Below are positions 35,717 to 43,388 of a DNA stretch of 64,000 nt, piece after piece (within the stretch, counting starts at the first letter, position 1; each line of letters begins with the position of its first letter). Under the pieces are notes generated by a model, which worked only from the letters and a program-made list of their open reading frames with translations, did no database searches and had not been told where the DNA came from. The stretch is from a virus. The position numbers were made by a program, and so were the translations under genes. Where the stretch lies: the IMG/VR virus record IMGVR_UViG_3300035126_000631, positions 10,044-74,043 of that record; one strand, written 5' to 3'.

Positions 35717-37048
35717 TCACTGATCGTCCGTGCTGCAAACGGCAGTCACGGCTTGGCGCGGCATCCGGCGGTAGCCGGACAAGCGCGTGTCGGAAGCGTC
35801 GAACTGACGCACGAACTCGTCGCACTTGACCGCCCCGTAGCGGTCAACACTGCGCGAGGTGTTGTTGATGGTGCGGACTTTGGCCTTCATCGCTTTGATG
35901 ATGTCCTTGAGCGTCTCCGGCTCATGGATCGCGGCCCACCGATAGAACGATGCCCACGCTTGCGGCGCGGTTTCGTTGGTGACGGACGCCTCGGGCGTCA
36001 CGTTGTCCTCGCTCCACCGGGCGATGGCTTGCATGAGGGCGGCACGCATCCGCCACTCGCTCGGCTTGCGACTCGTCGGCCACAAGCGGACTTCGATCGT
36101 GCCGAGTCGCTCGAACTGGGCGGCACTGACCGCCGAATACTTGCGACCCAAGGCGTCATCCCAATTCTCGCAGCAAGCGTTGACCGCACACCAACGAGAG
36201 CGGCGGCGGGTCAACGGCGCAAGATACCGGAACCATGACAAGTGGTAACGCAACGAGTAGTAGACGGCTTGGCCGTAGTCCTCGGCACGTTTGCAGTTGA
36301 TGTGGATGTGACCGCCGTTGCGCTCGATCGAACCGAGGTTGCTGACCAAGTTGCAAGCGACATCGGGCAACTTCTGCGTGATGCGGAAGCGGATCTCATG
36401 CTGACCGCCGCCATCGCGACCGACATCCCAGTAGGGTTTCTGGTAGCTGCGGATGCGGTTGGTGCTGACGCTGCGTCCGGTCGGCGTGGTCTTGTAACCA
36501 TGCAAGCCAGTCGCTTCCAACTCACCACTGCACTCGTAGAGCGGAAGCCGATCCCAATACTCCGGAGTCAGAGGCTCGGGGAGCATCTGCTTGATCTTGG
36601 ACTTCTCGATCGACTTGAGGAACTGACCGACTCCCTTGACGACCTCACGCTGATTTGCAGATCCGAACCAGTCGTTGCCGAAGTGACAGCGGATGCGCTC
36701 GATGAGATCCTGCAACGTGCCGCCATCCTTGCGGAAGGTGCGACGATACAGCTTGCGATGCCGGAGACATCCGACGATGACCGAAGCCACGCCGCGCAGA
36801 TGCCGACGCTGACGCTCGGCCCGCTCGTCGCGGTAACGCCGATAGACTCGTTCATAAGCCCTCTTGAGCACCGCCTTGTCGTCGTAATTGAGGACGTAGT
36901 AGTTCGGTGCCGAGTCGAGCGTGACCGGACTGTCCTTGGACTTCGCCCAGTTGTTGCGGAGATACCAATAGGCATACCGACCATCCTCCGAGAGATGCAT
37001 CGGCTTCGATGCGACCTCGGCCAGTTGTAGTGTGGAGTTATTACTCAT
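35717..37048 (-). CDS. putative amidoligase (COOH-NH2 ligase type 2)
   Basis: GELE, RDGGGQHE, GGHIHIN, KYSAVS and GTIEVR motifs in canonical order, adjacent to the GATase. Start MSNNSTLQ follows an RBS. Confidence 0.75.
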   Translation of the reverse strand: MSNNSTLQLAEVASKPMHLSEDGRYAYWYLRNNWAKSKDSPVTLDSAPNYYVLNYDDKAVLKRAYERVYRRYRDERAERQRRHLRGVASVIVGCLRHRKLYRRTFRKDGGTLQDLIERIRCHFGNDWFGSANQREVVKGVGQFLKSIEKSKIKQMLPEPLTPEYWDRLPLYECSGELEATGLHGYKTTPTGRSVSTNRIRSYQKPYWDVGRDGGGQHEIRFRITQKLPDVACNLVSNLGSIERNGGHIHINCKRAEDYGQAVYYSLRYHLSWFRYLAPLTRRRSRWCAVNACCENWDDALGRKYSAVSAAQFERLGTIEVRLWPTSRKPSEWRMRAALMQAIARWSEDNVTPEASVTNETAPQAWASFYRWAAIHEPETLKDIIKAMKAKVRTINNTSRSVDRYGAVKCDEFVRQFDASDTRLSGYRRMPRQAVTAVCSTDDQ

Positions 37049-37123
37049 AGGTCTAACTTTCCTTTCATGTGTTGTTTGGTTGTTGCTTGTCCGGTGATCG
37101 GACAACTCTGTCCGGTTTGAACA

Positions 37124-37161
37124 AGCCATCCGCCCCCTCGCATGGAAGGGGCGGTGCGGCT
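37124..37161 (-). terminator. GC-rich hairpin, possible terminator or processing site
   Basis: AGCCGCACCGCCCC...GGGGCGGATGGCT stem with a weak U tract. Confidence 0.35.
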
Positions 37162-37171
37162 TGCACAGTTA

Positions 37172-37531
37172 TTACTTGTCGGCGAACTGACCGACGAACT
37201 TGCGAGGGTTGATCCACTCGCCGTGCGGCATCTCGATGGCGTCATGCCATACCAACTCGAAGTCGTGGCCTCGGTCGTAAGTGTTGACCTTGGTCACGCC
37301 CCGATCACGGAACACCGAGAACGATGCGCGGCGTCCGACTCCATTGAGCCGTTCGCGTGTCGTCACAGTGTCCCATCCAGCCAACGTGATCTCGATGTCG
37401 CCGTTGTCTGCATGACGCGCAATCGCATTGCCATGCAGCCAGATCGTCGTGCCATCGGTTCGGGTATTGCCGCACTTGCGGGGACGCCGATTGAAGAAGG
37501 CGTCAGTCACTTCTCTCGTTACTTTTCTCAT
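37172..37531 (-). CDS. early hypothetical protein
   Basis: IWLHGNAIA..ITLAGWDTVTTRERLNG, a recurrent phage early-gene type. Confidence 0.7.
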   Translation of the reverse strand: MRKVTREVTDAFFNRRPRKCGNTRTDGTTIWLHGNAIARHADNGDIEITLAGWDTVTTRERLNGVGRRASFSVFRDRGVTKVNTYDRGHDFELVWHDAIEMPHGEWINPRKFVGQFADK

Positions 37532-37583
37532 ACTGTTTCTCTCTTTCTAAATGTCCGGAATTCCGGACAAGGTTGTGGAGTTA

Positions 37584-37682
37584 TTACTTGGTGATCTCGA
37601 TGAGGAGCCAGACAGCAACGAAGCACAAGGCCGCGAAGCTGAAGAGCAATTCGTCGAGTTGATTCGGGGTGGGCCGTTTCAT
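37584..37682 (-). CDS. small membrane peptide (32 aa)
   Basis: MKRPTPNQLDELLFSFAALCFVAVWLLIEITK*, flanked on both sides by TAATAACTCCAC. Confidence 0.45.
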   Translation of the reverse strand: MKRPTPNQLDELLFSFAALCFVAVWLLIEITK

Positions 37683-37694
37683 CGTGTGGAGTTA

Positions 37695-37910
37695 TTATCC
37701 GAGTTGAGCCACCTTGGGAAGCAAATCCGCAAAGGGGTTGAACGTGAGCGGATTAGCCGCCGCCCGATAATCGTTGCCGCCGATCAGATCGACCGCAGCG
37801 TTGCGCTTCTCCTCAACCGAAAGACCACGAGCGTTGCGCTCGGATGTCCGGTCAAGTCTGTAGTCTGTTTTGCTGGCACTCGCCAACAGGATGTGGATGG
37901 TTCGTTTCAT
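37695..37910 (-). CDS. early small protein
   Basis: MKRTIHIL..., downstream of a palindrome copy. Confidence 0.45.
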   Translation of the reverse strand: MKRTIHILLASASKTDYRLDRTSERNARGLSVEEKRNAAVDLIGGNDYRAAANPLTFNPFADLLPKVAQLG

Positions 37911-38103
37911 CTGTCTGTTTTGATTCCTTGTCCGATCACCGGACAAGTCTCGCCGTATTGGGCAAGGGACAACGCAAGACGGATGGAACGTCTTGCGCTG
38001 ATACTTTGCTCACCTCGGACATGATGCACCGCAACGGGTCGGACGTTGCATGGTGCATGGTTCATGGTTCACGCTGCGGGGTTCGCGTTGTCCGGTCACC
38101 GGA

Positions 38104-38505
38104 CTATTTGCGGAACAAGCGAGCGACGACAGCGCGATACAGCTTCTTGTCTCCGCCTACGAGTTTGAGCAGCGCGGCTTCCGCCTTGGGAAGCATGGCG
38201 TCGATCTTCTCGCTGGCCTCTGCACGGCTCTTCGACTTGGCGCGACGAGTGATGCCGTAGGATTGGAGCAACTCACTGATGCGCTGTTTCGCGTAGCCAT
38301 TCGCCTTGAGCGTGGCCGTGACCTCTGCAACGTCGATCGCTTCGCGATTGTCCTTGATGAACGCGCAAAGCGTTTCGCGTTGCATTGTCGCCGCTTGGGT
38401 CAGGGTTTCGATTTGATGGATCTCGCGAGCGATTGCATCGTTCACGCTGTCCTTCGTTTCTGCCACGCGGTAGTTGATGCTGATGGTGATGTGGTTCTTT
38501 TTCAT
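38104..38505 (-). CDS. first gene of the early operon, basic putative DNA-binding protein
   Basis: 133 aa, basic and helical, bracketed by palindromes at 38090 and 38535. Confidence 0.6.
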   Translation of the reverse strand: MKKNHITISINYRVAETKDSVNDAIAREIHQIETLTQAATMQRETLCAFIKDNREAIDVAEVTATLKANGYAKQRISELLQSYGITRRAKSKSRAEASEKIDAMLPKAEAALLKLVGGDKKLYRAVVARLFRK

Positions 38506-38639
38506 ATACTGATCTTTCTTTCTGTTTGGTTGTTGTCCGGTGATCGGACAGCGTCTTGCTGCCCTTTCCGGTTCATTAATAAGTGACCAGCAGCGCGATT
38601 TACTCTGTTAGGAGAGGGGAAAATGTGCGATTATTACGG

Positions 38640-39242
38640 ATGCCCAGACCGCCCCTTTCTGTAGACTGGCAAGCAATTCGCGGACTCTACCTTCAAGGAG
38701 TCGAACCTTTGACGTTAGCGAATAAGTTTGCAATCAAGATAAGCACCTTGAATTCAAGGATTTACAGAGAGAAGTGGCATGAGATATTGCAAGGGGAAAA
38801 GAAAACGAATGAGAAGGCGAGAGAGGAAAGCGTAGCAATCGCAAGGGACATCTGGACAGAGAGACGAGAGACAATCCGAGAGCGCATCCATCTCATAGGT
38901 GATCGAATGACCCTTGCAGCTTCGCAACTCTCTGAAGATCAACTAATTAACAAAGCAGACAAGATCAAGATTGCGACAGAGATTGCTGGCAAATCAGTAG
39001 GCTTGGACAGAGAGGAAGACCGGAACCAAGTAAACATCGCCATCTTGGGCGCAATAGGCTCAAAATCAGGTGCTTATGATGATATTGTGCAAGGTGAGGT
39101 CTGGTCAGAATCGGGTCGAAACCTACCCGCTAACAGTGTAGAGCACACGGAATCCGAATCCGTGAACACCACCACCCAACCCACCACTGTCCCCCTCGAC
39201 CCAGCCGCGCCACTGTATGATAATATAAATAATGGGTTCTAA
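38640..39242 (+). CDS. putative terminase small subunit
   Basis: DWQAIRGLYLQG..LTLANKFAIKISTLNSRIYREKW N-terminal HTH followed by helices; TerS-like by inference. Confidence 0.6.
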   Translation: MPRPPLSVDWQAIRGLYLQGVEPLTLANKFAIKISTLNSRIYREKWHEILQGEKKTNEKAREESVAIARDIWTERRETIRERIHLIGDRMTLAASQLSEDQLINKADKIKIATEIAGKSVGLDREEDRNQVNIAILGAIGSKSGAYDDIVQGEVWSESGRNLPANSVEHTESESVNTTTQPTTVPLDPAAPLYDNINNGF

Positions 39243-39318
39243 ATTTTTTGCCCGTTTTTAGAATTATTAACTTTTAGGGGAGGGGAGAGCCGGATCGGAC
39301 GGAACTCCCCCTGGCGCG

Positions 39319-39456
39319 TTAGAGAAGCGAACACAGATACTTCAGGAAACGACGCCACCGGAAAGAAGTCACGACAGCCTTCAGGTCACCCCGCTCGAAG
39401 TATCCAAGCCCGCCGTAGGGTCCGTAGACCAAGCCAAGATCGTTCGATCGATACAT
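39319..39456 (-). CDS. stand-alone 45-aa peptide
   Basis: MYRSNDLGLVYGPYGGLGYFERGDLKAVVTSFRWRRFLKYLCSLL*, with a perfect AAAGGAGGTGA SD and a downstream hairpin. Confidence 0.6.
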   Translation of the reverse strand: MYRSNDLGLVYGPYGGLGYFERGDLKAVVTSFRWRRFLKYLCSLL

Positions 39457-39522
39457 ACACATTCACCTCCTTTCATCGGCGCGTAATAAAGCACGGATCA
39501 GGCCAAGTGCTATAGTAATACC

Positions 39523-39596
39523 GGCGGGGTGCTGCCTGTGTCACCGTATGGTGCGCCGAAAGCAGCCCGATGCGGCTAAAACCCGGCCCCGCCTCC
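39523..39596 (+). ncRNA. tRNA-sized structured RNA candidate
   Basis: GGCGGGG/CCCCGCC closing stem, internal GCTGC/GCAGC and CACC/GGTG stems, upstream TGCTATAGT extended -10. Confidence 0.35.
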
Positions 39597-39601
39597 TCTT
39601 T

Positions 39602-39823
39602 ATGAAAGCCACCCTGGAGTTCAACCTACCCCAAGACGACGAGGCCTTGACCGACGCCCGAAAGGGCTCCGATTGGAAGTGGGCGGTGTCAGACCTCTCG
39701 GACTACCTCCGGAACCAGATCAAGCACGTCGACCACTCGGCCGAGGAATACCGCATCTTGGAGGCCGTCCAAGAGCGCATCTCTGGGATCCTTGATGACC
39801 GAGGGCTCAACCTTTACGAATGA
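39602..39823 (+). CDS. hypothetical phage protein
   Basis: MKATLEFNLPQD...LRNQIKH. Confidence 0.7.
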   Translation: MKATLEFNLPQDDEALTDARKGSDWKWAVSDLSDYLRNQIKHVDHSAEEYRILEAVQERISGILDDRGLNLYE

Positions 39824-39975
39824 CCTTCTGGCCTCTACTGATAACGACACTGCTTTATCTCATTACCGCGGCCGGCTGGTATCGAGAGGGTAATGTAGGA
39901 CTTGCGATAGCCTTCGCAGGTTATGCCGCAGCGAACCTCGGGTTTCTGTATATAACAATGTTCGGACAGCCTTAA
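39820..39975 (+). CDS. small two-TM membrane protein (51 aa)
   Basis: MTFWPLLITTLLYL...GLAIAFAGYAAANLGFLY, ATGA-coupled. Confidence 0.6.
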   Translation: MTFWPLLITTLLYLITAAGWYREGNVGLAIAFAGYAAANLGFLYITMFGQP

Positions 39976-39997
39976 AGGCTCGATTTCGGCCGATTAG

Positions 39998-40313
39998 GTG
40001 GGAACTCACTTGTCAGTTCCCCTAAGTTCCCACCCTGAGTTCCCGAGGTTAAGTCGCTGATTTACAGTATACTTACGACAAACGGGAACTGAGGAACTTA
40101 CCCCTATATCTTTTCTTAAAGAAAAAGTATATATACCCCGTAAGTTCTCCCCCCACGGTCGCCGGGGGCGGCACCCCAGTCCCCCGAAAACCACCATGCC
40201 TCTACCCCCCAAAATGAGTTCCTCAGTTCCCTTTTACCCTAAACCCCTAACCATGAACCACTTACCCTTGGGAACTTAGGGTGGAACTAAGAACATGAGT
40301 TCCCCAGTTCCCC
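39998..40313. other. putative replication origin (iteron-like AGTTCC(C) repeats around an AT-rich core)
   Basis: About 12 AGTTCC/GGAACT copies in both orientations with a central TATATCTTTTCTTAAAGAAAAAGTATATATA, in a non-coding gap between convergent operons. Confidence 0.6.
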
Positions 40314-40476
40314 TGCAGGCTGTAGCCCTGTATCATGTTCCTCTGTAGCCCGTATTTCGACACATGAACCCTGTCATGTCGAAGCCGTCGACAGGTTGCC
40401 TAGACCCACCGGAGCATACCAAAAGGCCGCTTTGTTCAAGCCAACCTTGAACTGCTGCGCAAAAGCTACTCCGCGG

Positions 40477-40902
40477 TCAGATCCACCGGACCACGCAGCC
40501 CGCTTCATGGAACATGGTGCGTGCTGCATGGAACGAGTCAGCCCACCTGCAGGCGTCGGGCACTGTGGGGCAGATGACTTCAGTGATCCCCGCCTGGATG
40601 ATGGCGGCGGCGCACTGAGCGCATGGTTGGAAGGGGTAGACCACGATTGAGCAACCGTGGAGCGGCTCGCGGGCAGCAAGGATCGCGTTAAGCTCTGCGT
40701 GGACTGTGTAGAGGAGTTTCTGGTCTCGGTCGGCCAATCGTGCCGGATCGTCGGAAACGGCCCTGGGGAGGCCGTTGAAGCCTACGCTGGCCACCGAGCG
40801 GTCGGGTCGGATAATAACCGCGCCGACTTGGGTCGAGTCTTTTGACCAGCCGGCAACGTGTGCGGCTAAGTTAATAAACCTCGCGGTCCACTTGGCGTTC
40901 AT
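40477..40902 (-). CDS. dCMP deaminase
   Basis: SKDSTQVGA, GFNG, HAELNA and PCAQC zinc motifs. Confidence 0.92.
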   Translation of the reverse strand: MNAKWTARFINLAAHVAGWSKDSTQVGAVIIRPDRSVASVGFNGLPRAVSDDPARLADRDQKLLYTVHAELNAILAAREPLHGCSIVVYPFQPCAQCAAAIIQAGITEVICPTVPDACRWADSFHAARTMFHEAGCVVRWI

Positions 40903-40908
40903 ATTTTA

Positions 40909-41009
40909 GGCGGCGGTGGCAGGACTCGACACCTGCTTTTGTCACATATTCTCGTGTTATTTTGTGACGCTCCGCTGTCCGGCCGCGTGTCCTTCCACGC
41001 CGCACCGCC
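40909..41009 (-). ncRNA. tRNA-like RNA lacking a canonical anticodon arm
   Basis: Acceptor GGCGGTG/CACCGCC, D-arm GCGT-GGAAGGAC-ACGC, T-arm GCAGG-TGTCGAGT-CCTGC, and a 48-nt non-canonical middle. Confidence 0.6.
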
Positions 41010-41013
41010 ATGA

Positions 41014-43371
41014 TTAAAATGGATCATTCGACTCCGGCTCCGCCGTCTCCGGGGTCGGCTTGGTCAGCCGGTATTTGTGGAGCTTGGCCTTGCCGCAGCG
41101 TTTGGCGATCAACTCGACGTTCGGGTCACCTTGGGTCTGGAGTTCGGCGAGGCGGCGTCCGAGGACGCGAACCGGCCACTCACGGGTCAGGGAGACGTTG
41201 TCGAAGACATCGTTGAAGGATTGGTGCAGTTCGACCGCGGTTCCTTCCCACGGTTCGTCGGTGCCACGGCGCTCCCACCAAGCGTTGAGCGTGTCGCGCA
41301 ATTCGGCGGTGCGGCTTGAGGCTTCGATCTTCTCGCGCACTTCTTGGGCGATGTAGCTACGGATGAAGTAGCGGTTGGCTGCGTCGATGTATTTCGGTGG
41401 GATATCCCACGCCTTGAGCCAAGCGAGGAGGGCGGGGAGTTCGGATTCCACGTCCTTGAGTTCATCGACCGTCGGGCCTTCCTCGAAGGTTCTCATAGCC
41501 AGCGCGATGATCTTGTCCTCATTCGAGATGTTGAGCGCCGGCACGGCCTTGATTGACACCGGATCGTCGTTGGCTGCGATGACCACACGGCCGCGCCACT
41601 CGACCATGATGGGGGTCAGGTATTTCTCGTGGTATTTATGGGTGCCGTGGGCGACGAGCTTCTTGATTGCGCTCGCGTAGCGGTTGAGTTGCGCCTCGGA
41701 TTCCGCGGCACGAGAGTCATCGATGATGGCCAGTGGCGACTGGAAGAGGTCGGCGTTGAATCCGTTGCCTTCGCCCGAGACGATCGAGGAGAGATCCGCG
41801 TAGCCGCCCATTGCGGGCTTGAGGAACTTCTCGATGAAGAAGGTCTTATAGCAGTGGACCGGACCGACCAGGATCATGGCTTGGCCCATGCAGAGTTTGC
41901 CACGTTCCGCGGATTCGTAGAACCGTTTGAACCACGCGAGGAAGATGTCGCGGTATTCATCGGAGGCGAAGACGTTGTCGAGGATGGCCGCGTAGCGTGG
42001 GAAGCCTTCGCCCCAAGCCCCGGCGGTCTCGGCCGCTTTGACGATATGGACGTTCTTGGCGGTGTTGAGGTATTTCTTGCCGCCTTCGAACCAAAGTTCG
42101 TTCTTGTTGTAGAGCGACGGTCCTGCACCGTCCACGCGACGGTGTTCGCGAATGAAGGCTTTGGCGCGGTCCATCGGTGACATGGCGGCACCCTTCGGGG
42201 CGCGGTCACTGAACCCGCGGCATTTGAGTTCGCTGGACAGCATCGCGACCATTTCGTATCGCCAAATCCCGTCGTCGGCTTTCATAAAGAAGGTTTTGCC
42301 GTCGTAATATATGTCGTCAAACTGTCCGCTCTTGTTCGCATTGGTGGACGGTTTGGACACCTCTGGTGAGGTGCTATCCCCGTTTTCGGCGGCTAAAGCG
42401 TCATTTGTGCGGTCCTCGGTAAGGGGGGCGGCAATTTGACCCCCTCCTTCTAAACCCGTGGATTTCGACGGGTTCACGCGCCCAGCCTCCGGGTTGAAGT
42501 AGATGAGGGTCTGTGCCTTTCCGGTGTCTTTCCTCATGCACCCTGGCACACGAGTCAGGCGCACGGCCGACATGGCAGCGGGATCGGCACCGAGCGGGAC
42601 GAGGACATCGGCAATCTCGGAGGCTTTCTCCAGATACTCGGCACGGTTTTTAGTATTTACGCGGACGAGAGCGTGAGCCGACTTCGAGCCGGAGGTCGTG
42701 ACCGAGACGATCGGGAGGTTGAGATTGGAGAGCACACGTAGCCATAGTTCGAGATCGACCGAGTCGGATTCGATGAGGAGGTATTCGTAGGCCACGAGAT
42801 TCTCTTCGGCCCGGCGGGACTTCTTGCCGAGGCGCTCGATCGCTTTGAATTGACCGTCGACCGGATTGACCATGATCCATGCGCCCTCTGTGTTGTTGGC
42901 GATGATTTGATCGACGGCCAGATCCGGCACCTTGTCGTGCCACACCAGCTTCCCCTGAGTCTGCTGATCGACGAAAACGATGTTATGCTTGCCGCCGTAG
43001 AGACGACGGAGGAACTCGGAGGTCGAGACATCGGCTGTCGGGATGGGTGAGGAGGCTTTGAAATCCTCGATCGAGAGCGGGCCTTCTTTGGTCAGTTCGG
43101 TCAGACGATCCTCATCCTTCTCGCGCTTCAGTGAAACCTTCGGGCGCGGCTCGATGAGACCCTCGGCCTCGGCGCGGACGTTGGCGAGCGTGTCGACGAT
43201 CTCGCGTGGCTGTGGGTCACGCTGGAGGTGGTGCGTGATCCATTGCTCGATGAAGGCATCGTCATAGGCGTTAGCAACCAGCGCGTGCGCTGCGCCGAAC
43301 ATCCATGTGTGGCATCCTTGGCCGGAGGTTGGGCAGGGGTTGAGTCCGAGTTCTTCAGGTGTAGGTGACAT
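41014..43371 (-). CDS. primase-helicase (RepB-like AEP primase + SF3/NrS-1-like helicase)
   Basis: YLLIESD, TSGSKSAHAL and RLTRVPG primase motifs; degenerate Walker A GPVHCYKT, IIDD and IAAN. Confidence 0.8.
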   Translation of the reverse strand: MSPTPEELGLNPCPTSGQGCHTWMFGAAHALVANAYDDAFIEQWITHHLQRDPQPREIVDTLANVRAEAEGLIEPRPKVSLKREKDEDRLTELTKEGPLSIEDFKASSPIPTADVSTSEFLRRLYGGKHNIVFVDQQTQGKLVWHDKVPDLAVDQIIANNTEGAWIMVNPVDGQFKAIERLGKKSRRAEENLVAYEYLLIESDSVDLELWLRVLSNLNLPIVSVTTSGSKSAHALVRVNTKNRAEYLEKASEIADVLVPLGADPAAMSAVRLTRVPGCMRKDTGKAQTLIYFNPEAGRVNPSKSTGLEGGGQIAAPLTEDRTNDALAAENGDSTSPEVSKPSTNANKSGQFDDIYYDGKTFFMKADDGIWRYEMVAMLSSELKCRGFSDRAPKGAAMSPMDRAKAFIREHRRVDGAGPSLYNKNELWFEGGKKYLNTAKNVHIVKAAETAGAWGEGFPRYAAILDNVFASDEYRDIFLAWFKRFYESAERGKLCMGQAMILVGPVHCYKTFFIEKFLKPAMGGYADLSSIVSGEGNGFNADLFQSPLAIIDDSRAAESEAQLNRYASAIKKLVAHGTHKYHEKYLTPIMVEWRGRVVIAANDDPVSIKAVPALNISNEDKIIALAMRTFEEGPTVDELKDVESELPALLAWLKAWDIPPKYIDAANRYFIRSYIAQEVREKIEASSRTAELRDTLNAWWERRGTDEPWEGTAVELHQSFNDVFDNVSLTREWPVRVLGRRLAELQTQGDPNVELIAKRCGKAKLHKYRLTKPTPETAEPESNDPF

Positions 43372-43388
43372 ATTGAGTGGTGGAGTTA

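Larger units (their letters stand above)
33250..38549. repeat. dispersed palindrome family TTGTCCGGTGATCGGACWA (core GTCCG-N5-CGGAC), 7 copies plus 1 N6 variant
   Basis: Cores at 33250, 34529, 35698, 37089, 37930, 38090 and 38535; variant GTCCGGAATTCCGGAC at 37553. Confidence 0.9.

Noticed and set aside
33250-38549. Palindromic repeats as a CRISPR array
   Set aside because: Spacing is irregular (160-1400 bp) with whole genes between copies; no constant-length spacers and no cas operon.
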